DNA of 59,088 nucleotides from Armatimonadota bacterium (GCA_046292385.1 JBKBRF010000043.1:1-59088), one strand, 5' to 3'; shown: positions 1 to 8,757, counted from the stretch's first letter. A program made the numbers and translations. The notes: generated by a model not told the origin, from the sequence alone.

Positions 1-60
1 GCGAGCGATGCGGCAAAACCTTCCTGCGCCACCAGCGGCGTAACTTTACAGCGTGTGACA
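1..60. mobile_element. Terminal fragment of an IS-like element (ends ...GTGTGACA at 60); terminal inverted repeat ~10-60
   Basis: Reverse complement of 10-60 matches 58986-59036 at 44/51 nt (first 21 nt identical: TGTCACACGCTGTAAAGTTAC). It is followed by CAAG and the right half of a REP palindrome. No transposase in the window. Confidence 0.75.
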
Positions 61-160
61 CAAGCCACCGCACTCCACAGACTTCCCCGACGCAGTCTCC
101 CTTTCGACGAGAGGGAATCTCTTCCGGGCTAGCCTGTGGAGTGCGAATGCTTGCTTTCGC
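61..160. repeat. REP-like palindrome doublet (interrupted copy 61-83 plus inverted copy 134-160)
   Basis: GCACTCCACAG (70-80) and CTGTGGAGTGC (134-144) are inverted. The second copy reads GCGAAAG-CAAG-CATTCGC-ACTCCACAG on the minus strand. Same family as 51426-51493. Confidence 0.7.
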
Positions 161-351
161 GCCCCGCGCCAGCGGGGCACCGGAGAAGCTTCCCGATTTC
201 GCCAACAGTATCCTTGCGCGGCCCTTCTTTCGACGTGAAGTCGCGGTCGCCCGGAGTGCTCACCTGCCGGTCGCAGTCGCGAGCCGGTACAGCGCAAACG
301 GGAGCAGCCGCAGCCGCTCCCGTTCCGAAATGCTCTGCTCCCGCGCAGGAG

Positions 352-879
352 CTACGGCGCGCGGAAGACCTGCGTGAACATGTAGCGCCCGTCCTTCAGG
401 TGGATCCCCACCCCGGTCTCGCTGAAGTTCCGGTTCATGATGTTCTCGCGGTGTACCGGGCTGTTCATCCAGGCACGGACCGCGTTCTTCGCCAGGTCGT
501 TCGGGTTGGTGGTCCAGTAGAGGTTCTCGCCGATCCACGACCAGCCGACGCCCGCATTCGCAAAGCGGTCGGTCATGTCCTCGCCGTCCGGGCTGACGTG
601 GGAGAAGAAGTTCTCCTCATTCATCTGCTTGCTGTACCGGCGGGAGATCTTCGCCATGGCGTTGTTGTTCTTCAGCGCCGAGCGCTTCTTCTTCTTGCGC
701 TCCTTGTTGATCAGCTTGACCACCTGAAGCTCGATGGCGGCAAACTTCTTGCCCTCCAGCTCCACCCGCTCCGCCGGGCGGGAAGCGGCGGCGTCGAGGG
801 GGCGAGCGGCAAGCGGAAGGCAAACGGCAGAAGCGGCGAGCAGCAGCACACCGGCGCGCCAGGGAGAGACCTTATTCAT
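352..879 (-). CDS. Secreted CAP-domain (SCP/Ag5/PR-1) protein
   Basis: Signal peptide; motifs FFSHVSPDG, IGENL, WMNSPVHRENI, GVGI. Confidence 0.9.
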   Translation of the reverse strand: MNKVSPWRAGVLLLAASAVCLPLAARPLDAAASRPAERVELEGKKFAAIELQVVKLINKERKKKKRSALKNNNAMAKISRRYSKQMNEENFFSHVSPDGEDMTDRFANAGVGWSWIGENLYWTTNPNDLAKNAVRAWMNSPVHRENIMNRNFSETGVGIHLKDGRYMFTQVFRAP

Positions 880-1111
880 CAACTACAACTCCGAGTCGGG
901 GATCGGCCGGAACGGCCCACGGCACTTGATAGCGCGCCAGGCCGGTGCCTGCCAGCTCACGAGTGAGGGACTCGCATTTCACCCGCACCCTGAGTTATCG
1001 GATCGGGAGATGACCGGCTTTAGGCCCGGCGCCGGTCAATCGTGCCGGGAGCGCCCGCCAGGCGCCACGAGACTCAGGAGGTCTGATCCGAACGGGAAGG
1101 CGCGGATCGGA

Positions 1112-1735
1112 TCACGGCCGGCGGAACACCTGCGTGGCGTAGACCGTCTCCCCTTCCCTCCAGACTCCGATTCCGGTTTGAGTGAACTGGGGGCGCAGGA
1201 TGTTCTGCCGGTGCCCGGGGCTCTTCATCCAGCCCTGGACGGCAGTCTCGGCCGGGTTGTCGATCCGCCACGACTTGTATAAGTTTTCGCCGATATAGCT
1301 GTACCCGAGCCCCGCTTGCCGGAAGCGGTCCTGCAGATCCTGCCCCTGCGGAGAGACGTGCCCGTAGAAGCTCTCCCTCGCCATCTGGCGGCTGTAGCGC
1401 CGCGCCATCTGCGAGAGCTGCGGCACCGGCTCGAGCGGCTGGAGCCCCGCCTCCCGCCGCCGCTGGTTGATGCCCTCAAGGATGCGCTGCTCGATCCTGC
1501 GGGTCTGCTCGCTCTGGGGCTGAGCGCCGGTTGACGACGAAGAGCGGTCGCTGCCGGATTGGTCCTGCCGCAGCCGGCTGGAGGACGAATCGCGCTCCGG
1601 CGGCGCGGGTGCGTTCCGCGGGGACGGCTGGCGCGGCGCCATCTCCATGCGCGTCACGCAGCCGCCGGTGAGCAGCAGCGCTCCGGCCACGCCGGTCCCG
1701 GCGAGCAGTCTTCCCAGCCTCTGCACTGTCTGCAT
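1112..1735 (-). CDS. CAP-domain lipoprotein
   Basis: Lipobox LLLTGGC; motifs GHVSPQG, IGENL, WMKSPGHRQNIL, TQVF; paralogue of the adjacent gene. Confidence 0.9.
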   Translation of the reverse strand: MQTVQRLGRLLAGTGVAGALLLTGGCVTRMEMAPRQPSPRNAPAPPERDSSSSRLRQDQSGSDRSSSSTGAQPQSEQTRRIEQRILEGINQRRREAGLQPLEPVPQLSQMARRYSRQMARESFYGHVSPQGQDLQDRFRQAGLGYSYIGENLYKSWRIDNPAETAVQGWMKSPGHRQNILRPQFTQTGIGVWREGETVYATQVFRRP

Positions 1736-1783
1736 GCGCGCCTCCCGGCCGGGTCTTACCCTGGCTCGATGCGGGGCACTCGC

Positions 1784-2677
1784 TCACTCGTGGCGGCCGT
1801 GGCCGCGGAGCTCGTGAGTCTCGTCGGCCATCGGATCGAGGGTCGGGTCCGGCGGAAGCACGCCGTAGCGGCGCAGCAGCTCGCGCATCGCCTGCGTGAG
1901 CACCATAGCGCTGACCCCCGCCCAGAGCAGGACGCCGACGATGAACGTGCCCCAGCAGACTGCGGTGAAGACGAGCAGCAGGACGCCGAGCAGGAGGGTG
2001 TAAACCAGGTTGTCGAGCACCAGGAGGGCCGACTTCTTCAAGATGGCGCGGGTGGAGATCTCCTGCTCCGCCAGCAGCGGCCAGGCGTAGCACGCCATCA
2101 GCAGCCAGAAGACGAGCAGATAAGCGAAGAGAGCGCCGATCACCAGCACCACGGGGTGCCGCGACGACAAATAGAACGCGGCGTTGCCGGCCAGCAGCAG
2201 CGCGGCGCCGGCCTGGAGACCGGCCAGGGCCAGGCTCCGGCCGGCCGCGTGCCGCACGCCCCATGCCAGGTCGAACAGCTCCGGCTCGCTCCGGGCGGCG
2301 GCGTTGCGGCAGAACCGGAAGATCCCGGCCGCGAGCGGTCCCCCGATCAGGACCGCCGCGAGCGTGGCGAGCAGGACCGTCGAGGCGAGGGAGAGCGGCC
2401 CGGGAAGACCGCGGAAGAGCTGCAGCCCCAGCGCCACCGCGCCGAGGCTGCCGAAGCCGAGTGCCGCCGACCAGAGAAAGCTCTGGAGCAGCACGGTCCC
2501 GAGGTAGTCGTAGGCATCCCGCACTCCCAGCCGGAGCGCCAGGGTGAGCCGGGGCCGCGGGAGTGGTCGCCCGGCGCCGCCCGGCGGCTCCTCATCCGGC
2601 GCCGGGGGCGACTCTTCGCGCGGCTCCGTCCGCACGATCTCGCCGTCCGGCCCGCGCCGCCACATCCGCTCCGGCAT
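1784..2677 (-). CDS. Integral membrane protein, DUF624/YesL-like
   Basis: About 6 hydrophobic helices; GPLAAG...F and ILKKSALL motifs resemble DUF624; start overlaps the upstream stop at 2677. Confidence 0.6.
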   Translation of the reverse strand: MPERMWRRGPDGEIVRTEPREESPPAPDEEPPGGAGRPLPRPRLTLALRLGVRDAYDYLGTVLLQSFLWSAALGFGSLGAVALGLQLFRGLPGPLSLASTVLLATLAAVLIGGPLAAGIFRFCRNAAARSEPELFDLAWGVRHAAGRSLALAGLQAGAALLLAGNAAFYLSSRHPVVLVIGALFAYLLVFWLLMACYAWPLLAEQEISTRAILKKSALLVLDNLVYTLLLGVLLLVFTAVCWGTFIVGVLLWAGVSAMVLTQAMRELLRRYGVLPPDPTLDPMADETHELRGHGRHE

Positions 2678-5418
2678 CAGGGGGTGTCGTCCTTCCGCCT
2701 CCCCTTTTCGCTCTTCTGGCTCTTCTCGCCCTTTTCTTCGGTGTCGCGCTTCTTCTCCGAGTCCTTCTCCTCGGAGCGGCGGCGGGCGACCACGATCGCC
2801 GGCTTCTCCACCCCGTTAGGCCGGAACGGCTCGCGGGAGAAGACGATGGCGTCCAGGCTGCCGAAGTAGCGGCGGCTGCCGGTCTCCGCCTTCTCGGCGA
2901 TGGCGATCAGCAGCTCGTGCCGGCCCGCCTTCAGGGTAAGGCGGCCGAGAGAGAACCAGGCGAGGCCGCGGGCATACTCCTCCCCGGCCCGGGCCACGGA
3001 GCGCACCTCCTGCGCCGGCTCGTCATCGATCTGCCAGATCAGCGGGGAGGCCCCGCTTTCTCCGGGCGCCTTGCCGGCCACCCAGATCTCGTAGGAGGCA
3101 TCGCGAGAGATGTCGACGACGTAGCGCGCCTTGAAGAGGCCGGACGGCGGCGCGTCCGGGCGGTTGACGCGCAGCACCAAACTGGAGCTGGCCCCGCCGG
3201 CAAAGGTGACGCCGCTAAAGTTGTGCCCCGCGGGCCGCTCCGCCTCGATCCAGATGTAGGGCTGCAGGAGCTGCCGCAGGCGCTCCACGTACTGGTTCGT
3301 GGAGAGATAGGTGCCCATCGCGTTGCCGGGGGCGAGCTGCTTGCGGGACTGGTCGTAGATCGTCCGCATCGCCTTGACCTCGATCCCCTGTGTCTCCGCC
3401 TTCCTCAGCAGCGCGTCGAACTCCTCGAGCTGCGCCCCCGCCAGCTCCAGCGGGAAGAGCCGTCCGGCGTCGATCCCGGAGACGAGCACCGGCTCCGAAC
3501 CGAGCGTGAACTTAATCGTCTCCTTGCGGGTCTTCGCCTTGAGCTTGTTCCCCAGCGTGTCGTGCAGCTCGACCGGCGTCAGCTTGTCGACGAAGAAGGT
3601 CAGCTCCTGCTCGCCCGAGTTCGACCAGAAGACGGTGGCGCTCGGGATGTCACTGTCTCCGCCGAGCGGACGGACGATCTCATACGCCATGATCGAGTCG
3701 CCGTAGCGGAGGAACCGGGCCGGCGCGGAGGAGGGCAGCCACCAGACCCCGTTCGCCAGCCGGCTCAGGCGCTCGGAGCCGGAAATCGCCAGCGGATAGA
3801 AGCAGACCCGCGGCGTCTCCGCGAGCTTGGCTGTGTCCGCGGCGAGCGCGGAGGAGAGCTCCGCCGCCAGGCGCGGCGCGTCCGGCACCTGCTGCGGGTC
3901 GAGGTAGGCGCCGCGGAAGCCGGCTTCGCGGATGGAGGTCCAGGCGTTCCGCACGGCGGCGGCGTCGGCCAGCGGCGCCGGGCGGTCGCTGTCGTCGACC
4001 GGTCCCGCCAGGCGCGTGGCGATCAGCCAGGTGTTGCGGTCCGCCTCTTCCGCCTGGGCGAGGGCGAACGCCGCCGCTTCCGGCCCCAGGTCGGCCGGGC
4101 TCCCGTAAAGGTTTCCGCCCAGGCCGTCGTAGCCGGACGGCGACGGCGAGTTGGTAAAGATCGGATGGTAGGCGCTCCAGGAGAAGAGCATTGGCACGTT
4201 CGCGCCGCTCTGCTTCACCGCCACCGTGAGCCGGTTCATCCAGCGCTTGAGCGTCTCGGTGCGGAACTGGTCCAGGTCGTCCCAGATGGCGCTCTCCCGC
4301 GGCTTGCAGCGGTACGCCACCCCTTCCGCCGGGTCGAGCATCCAGCCGTCGCCGTCCGGCGGATCGTTGCGCGCCCACATCGGGACCAGCCGCGCCGCTT
4401 CCTCCACGCCGGGGATGCGGCGGTCGGTGGTGCGCCAGCGGATGTTGATCCCGTGGAGGTTGGAGCGGCGCTCGAGCCACTCCTGGAACGCGGCCCGGAA
4501 CTCGTCGCTGGTGGGGAAGACGCCCTCCTCCTGGCCCAGCGTGCCGTCGCCGGCGTCGAACGGGTCGAGGATGAACCGCAGGCCGGGGCCGAGCTTCAAC
4601 TCAGAGAGGCGCTGCTTGAGCTGCTCTCCATACCCCTCGGTCGCGCTCCAGAGATCGCCGAAGCTGCCCAGCTCTTCCGGCTCCACCTGGACTTCCGGCA
4701 CCACCAGGAGCTGCGCGCGGCTGCGGCCGACCAGCCGGGAGTTGCGAAGCTGGACGCGCACCGGCGTCACGCCCGCCTCCGCGACTGCTTCGCCGGTGGC
4801 GATGTCGTAGGTGTGGATCGCCTTGTCGAGCGGGTTCACCTCCGCCAGCACGTAGATCGACCGCCGCGCCCGGGGCGTGCGGACCTCCCAGGAGACCTGC
4901 TGCGCCGGCTTGAGCTGGGAGGCCGGGATGGCGATCGGTGTGATTCCGGGAGCAAAGCCGATCAGCGGCTCGCGCGAGCGGTCGCCGACCTTCAACCCGT
5001 ACAGGAATCCGCGGCTCTCCAGCGCGTCGATCAGCGCCTGGATCTCGCTGTTGCCGTTCTCCAGCAGGCCGCGCTGGGGATCGACCCAGAGGTCGCGCAC
5101 GCCGGCCGCCTTGAGCCGGTCGAGCTCTTCCTGGTCCTTCCGCAGCGTCTCCGCGGAGGGCGCTTTCAGATACTCGGACCGGAAGACTACGCCCGCCGGG
5201 GTGTAGGGCTGGCCGTCCCAGGTGAGGGCGTGGCTGCGCTCCACCGTCCACGGGTGCTGCTTACCGTCACGGTCGACGAAGACCCCCTCCGTGATCCCCT
5301 TCTCCGCGAAGGCGGCTCCACCACCCAGCACGCCGAGGGCCGAGGCGGCCAGGAGCGCCAGGAAGAGGAGGGCGCGGGGGGCGCGCTGGAGAGTACGACG
5401 CAGGAGGTGAGATTGCAT
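2677..5418 (-). CDS. Large secreted hypothetical protein (possible glycoside-hydrolase-like N-terminus, beta-sandwich C-terminus)
   Basis: 913-aa ORF with natural composition, a signal peptide ending AAFA and a charged C-terminal tail; fold assignment tentative. Confidence 0.7.
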   Translation of the reverse strand: MQSHLLRRTLQRAPRALLFLALLAASALGVLGGGAAFAEKGITEGVFVDRDGKQHPWTVERSHALTWDGQPYTPAGVVFRSEYLKAPSAETLRKDQEELDRLKAAGVRDLWVDPQRGLLENGNSEIQALIDALESRGFLYGLKVGDRSREPLIGFAPGITPIAIPASQLKPAQQVSWEVRTPRARRSIYVLAEVNPLDKAIHTYDIATGEAVAEAGVTPVRVQLRNSRLVGRSRAQLLVVPEVQVEPEELGSFGDLWSATEGYGEQLKQRLSELKLGPGLRFILDPFDAGDGTLGQEEGVFPTSDEFRAAFQEWLERRSNLHGINIRWRTTDRRIPGVEEAARLVPMWARNDPPDGDGWMLDPAEGVAYRCKPRESAIWDDLDQFRTETLKRWMNRLTVAVKQSGANVPMLFSWSAYHPIFTNSPSPSGYDGLGGNLYGSPADLGPEAAAFALAQAEEADRNTWLIATRLAGPVDDSDRPAPLADAAAVRNAWTSIREAGFRGAYLDPQQVPDAPRLAAELSSALAADTAKLAETPRVCFYPLAISGSERLSRLANGVWWLPSSAPARFLRYGDSIMAYEIVRPLGGDSDIPSATVFWSNSGEQELTFFVDKLTPVELHDTLGNKLKAKTRKETIKFTLGSEPVLVSGIDAGRLFPLELAGAQLEEFDALLRKAETQGIEVKAMRTIYDQSRKQLAPGNAMGTYLSTNQYVERLRQLLQPYIWIEAERPAGHNFSGVTFAGGASSSLVLRVNRPDAPPSGLFKARYVVDISRDASYEIWVAGKAPGESGASPLIWQIDDEPAQEVRSVARAGEEYARGLAWFSLGRLTLKAGRHELLIAIAEKAETGSRRYFGSLDAIVFSREPFRPNGVEKPAIVVARRRSEEKDSEKKRDTEEKGEKSQKSEKGRRKDDTP

Positions 5419-5493
5419 GGGTCTTCTTTCCGCGAGATGGAGAGCGCGGCGGATCCACGCGCCGGCCGGTGACGATGCGAGACGCTCCGGGGC

Positions 5494-7101
5494 TCAGTCG
5501 TGCGCCCGGATGTCCAGTACCGCCAACCCGTTCGCCAGAACGGTCGCCGCTGCCTCCGCAACCCGCCGCTGCCCCGGGGAGGGACCGGCCGACTCGACAC
5601 TCCCGAGAAATGCGTCGGCCGCTGTCGCGGTCTCCAGCAGGTACCGGGCCACTCGATACGGCTCGAGCTCCCCGGCGGCCGCCCGGACCTCGTCCGAAAG
5701 CTCGCCCAGCTTGCGAAGGAGAGTCCGCGCCGCCGGCTCAGCCGGCACCTCACTGCCGCCAGTTCCCACTGGCGCTCCCAGGGCGCGGAGCCGCGCCAGC
5801 ACTGCCCGCAGTCGCGGCAGGCCGTCCGCGTCTGGGATGGCTTCGTCACTGCCGAGCGGCAGCGAGAGCGCAGCTCCGGCGGGCCGTGAGAGATAGAGGA
5901 ACCGCGCGCACTCTACGCCTACACGCTCTATGACCTCATCGAGCAGCACGTTGTTCCCCGAGGAAGGAGACGCTTCCGCGCCAAGCGAGGAGCTGCGCAC
6001 CTGCACCGGCTGCAGGATGAGTACCCGCAGCGTCTCCGCGGGCAGGCCGAGCGCCTGGAGACCCGCCGCGGTCCGCCCCACGTAGGCGGCGTGCTCCGGG
6101 CCCCAGATGTCGACCAGCAGCTCGGACCCGCGCTCTGCCTTGTCGAGGTGGTAGGCCAGGTCGCCCAGGAAGTAAGTCGGCTGGCCATTGCTGCGGACGA
6201 GGGGGCGGTCCTCGTCGTCGCCGAAGGTGGTGGTGCGCAGCCAGACGGCGCCGTCCTGATCGTACACGTGCCCCGCGGCCCGGAGCCGCGCGAGCACTTC
6301 GTCGACCTTGCCGGAAGCCCGGAGCTCGCGCTCGGAGCGCCAGATGTCGAACTCCACCCGCAGCCGCGCCAGCGTCTCCCGCTGCGATTCCAGGATTGCC
6401 TCGCGGCCGAGGTCGATCGCGGCCTGCAGGCGCTCCTCCGGGCTCTGCCCCTCCGACGCGCCCAACCGCTCGCGGACTACGGCGGCAAGCTGCTGCAGGT
6501 GCTGCTCTTCCGTAGCGCCGGAGCCGGACGGGCTCACGTCCCGGGCGCGCGTCAACAGGTCGCGGCCGAAGCGCTCCACCTGGCTGCCGGCATCGTTCAG
6601 GTAGAACTCCCGCGTCACGCGGTGGCCGGCCCACTCCAGCACACCGGCCAGGGCATCGCCGAAGACCGCGCCGCGGCCGTGGCTGGCGTTCAGGGGCGCG
6701 GTCGGGTCGGCGCTGACGAACTCCAGGTGTACGGCCCGGCCGCCCTCTCCACGCCCGCTGCGCCCGTAGTCCCCGCCCTGCGACGAGATCGCCTCCAGGA
6801 TGCCCGCCAGCGCTTCCGGCTGCAGCCGGAAGAGGAGCGTGCCCGAGGCGGAGGCTTCTACCTCGGCGACTCCGGCCGGCAGCTCCAGCCGCTCCGCCAC
6901 GCAGCGGGCCGCCTCTCCCGCCGAGCGGCCGGAGCCGCGGGCCAGCAGCGCCGTCACGTCGCAGCAGTAGTCGCCCTGGGCCGCGGAGCCGGGAGTCGTC
7001 AACTCAACTACTCGGGCCTCTTCCCTGCGCAGCAGACCCTCGCCCGCGCAGCGCTCCAGGGCGCCGGTCACCGCTTCCACCAACTGTTCGCGTATCGACA
7101 T
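5494..7101 (-). CDS. Arginyl-tRNA synthetase-like protein with degenerate catalytic motifs
   Basis: ArgRS landmarks EFVSADPT, REFYLNDAGSQ, DGAVWLRTT.FGDDEDR, TYFLGDLAYHLDK; HIGH reads NASH and there is no MSK motif. Confidence 0.85.
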   Translation of the reverse strand: MSIREQLVEAVTGALERCAGEGLLRREEARVVELTTPGSAAQGDYCCDVTALLARGSGRSAGEAARCVAERLELPAGVAEVEASASGTLLFRLQPEALAGILEAISSQGGDYGRSGRGEGGRAVHLEFVSADPTAPLNASHGRGAVFGDALAGVLEWAGHRVTREFYLNDAGSQVERFGRDLLTRARDVSPSGSGATEEQHLQQLAAVVRERLGASEGQSPEERLQAAIDLGREAILESQRETLARLRVEFDIWRSERELRASGKVDEVLARLRAAGHVYDQDGAVWLRTTTFGDDEDRPLVRSNGQPTYFLGDLAYHLDKAERGSELLVDIWGPEHAAYVGRTAAGLQALGLPAETLRVLILQPVQVRSSSLGAEASPSSGNNVLLDEVIERVGVECARFLYLSRPAGAALSLPLGSDEAIPDADGLPRLRAVLARLRALGAPVGTGGSEVPAEPAARTLLRKLGELSDEVRAAAGELEPYRVARYLLETATAADAFLGSVESAGPSPGQRRVAEAAATVLANGLAVLDIRAHD

Positions 7102-7214
7102 ATCCGAAATCTCTGTCCTGAACTGCCGCCGGGGCGCCGTGCCCGCAGCCGAAGCAACATCGTTCTATCCGCCCACGCCGGGAGTCGGGACTCGCGGCAA
7201 GCCCGGCGGCGAGG

Positions 7215-8345
7215 CTAAAACTCCACCAGACGGAACGGCAGCGGCACGAGCCACTGGATCAGTGCCAGCAGCGCGAAGAGAGTCGCGAAGCCGCTGAACA
7301 CCTGCAGGATGCCCATGTTCCAGACCCGGCGGGGGAAGCTCAACCGCTCTCCCGGCTGGACCTGGTACTTCTCCATCAGCTCCTGTCCCGCCGCGATTCC
7401 GTTCTCCAACTGCCGGAGCGTCGCCGGCCGTGTCGTCACGTACTGCTGCAGCACGCCGCCCAGGCGCCGCCAGAAGTAGAGGGTCGCGACCAGCGTCAAC
7501 ACCGGCACGAGGTCGCCGAGAATGGGGTTCAGCCACCAGACGGTACTCGCCACCATCACGCCGGCCACCAGGTTGGTGCCGCAGCGAGGGTGCACTCGCG
7601 GCTTGGCCCGCACGATCTCCGGCAGCAGGTCGTCCCCCGCCTCGATCGCGTGTACCACCTGGTGCTCCGCCGCGTGGAAGCCGGTGACCCACGAGAGACG
7701 GAACAGCAGCCCGAACATGCCGAACATCAGCAGCATCTGCAGCAGCGGAACCGGCACCATAGCCAGTGTCGGACCGGATGTCAGCCAGCGGTCGAGCCAG
7801 CCGTCCGGCGAGAGCAGCTGGGCCGAGACGAGCTCGGCGACCACCGAAAGCAGGCCGAGATACATGCCGGTCGACATCAGGGCGAAGTCGCCCACCCCGC
7901 CGCGCACGCCGCCGCCGGTAAGGTAGACGCCGAACGGGGTCGCCATCCCGCCGATGATCGGCGGCCGGATCCGCCCGCAGACGGCGCTCGCCAGCTCGGC
8001 TTCCCCAACCACGCCGATCACTCCGCCCAGCGAATCGAGCACCGGCGCGTGGCGGAGACCGTTGGCGCGGAAGACTTCCAGCGCGGCGGCGGCCGACATC
8101 GCCTCCGGAAGCACCACGTAGCTCTCGAAGGCGAGGTCCCCCACCCTCGCCCGATCCGGCGGCAGCTCCGGCTGGGCCAGGAGCTCCGAGATACTCTCCG
8201 GCGTCACCAGCCCCACCAGCCGGCCGTCTGCCGCCACCGGCACCGCCTTTACCGTGGAGGCGCGCAGCAGCTCCGCGGCTTTGCCGACGCTGTCCGACGG
8301 GTGGAGGCTCGGGGTCCGGACGGCGAGCAAGCCTATCGTGCGCAT
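7215..8345 (-). CDS. CBS-pair plus DUF1385 (YqhQ-like) membrane protein
   Basis: N-terminal CBS pair (AVPVAADGRLVGLVT; HAPVLD..G.VIGVV); DUF1385 motifs IGGMA, FHAAEHQVVH, RVHPRCGTN, LQQYVTTRP. Start taken at ATG 8345. Confidence 0.85.
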   Translation of the reverse strand: MRTIGLLAVRTPSLHPSDSVGKAAELLRASTVKAVPVAADGRLVGLVTPESISELLAQPELPPDRARVGDLAFESYVVLPEAMSAAAALEVFRANGLRHAPVLDSLGGVIGVVGEAELASAVCGRIRPPIIGGMATPFGVYLTGGGVRGGVGDFALMSTGMYLGLLSVVAELVSAQLLSPDGWLDRWLTSGPTLAMVPVPLLQMLLMFGMFGLLFRLSWVTGFHAAEHQVVHAIEAGDDLLPEIVRAKPRVHPRCGTNLVAGVMVASTVWWLNPILGDLVPVLTLVATLYFWRRLGGVLQQYVTTRPATLRQLENGIAAGQELMEKYQVQPGERLSFPRRVWNMGILQVFSGFATLFALLALIQWLVPLPFRLVEF

Positions 8346-8475
8346 GGGGGAGTCCTTGCCGGTACGCCGCGATCCGGACGGGGTCGGCGGCGCGGGCCGC
8401 CCGAGTTGCAATCCGCAGGCACGTGTGCTACCATTCGTGGTCGAGAACAGCTTTTCTGGGAGAGGAGAGACTATT

Positions 8476-8691
8476 ATGGCGAACCGCTGCGCGATCTGCG
8501 ACAAAGGTCCCCAGTTCGGTCAGAACATTCGGCACCCGCACTCCGGCTCGTGGGCCCGGCGTGCCCCCCGCACCAAGCGGCGCTGGCTGCCGAACCTCCA
8601 GAGCGCCAAGATCTTGGTCGGCGGGCAGCCGACTCGCATCCGCGTCTGCACCCGCTGCCTGAAAGCTGGGAAGGTCCTGCGGGCCGCCTGA
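8476..8691 (+). CDS. rpmB: 50S ribosomal protein L28 (zinc-ribbon form)
   Basis: MANRCAICDKGPQFGQN...TKRRWLPNLQ...RVCTRCLKAGK; RBS AGGAG upstream. Confidence 0.95.
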   Translation: MANRCAICDKGPQFGQNIRHPHSGSWARRAPRTKRRWLPNLQSAKILVGGQPTRIRVCTRCLKAGKVLRAA

Positions 8692-8729
8692 CGCCCATCC
8701 ATCCTCTCCCGGCATCCGCCAGCACTTTC

Positions 8730-8757
8730 GGGCCGCCCCGCGGGGCGGCCCTTCTTC
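8730..8757 (+). terminator. Intrinsic terminator after rpmB
   Basis: GGGCCGCCCCGCGGGGCGGCCC hairpin followed by TTCTT. Confidence 0.6.

Noticed and set aside
2563..5472. 969-aa plus-strand ORF and many similar long antisense ORFs (e.g. 10168-12081, 53690-56449, 32361-34721)
   Set aside because: Shadow frames of recognisable genes on the opposite strand; expected in very GC-rich DNA and lacking motifs.
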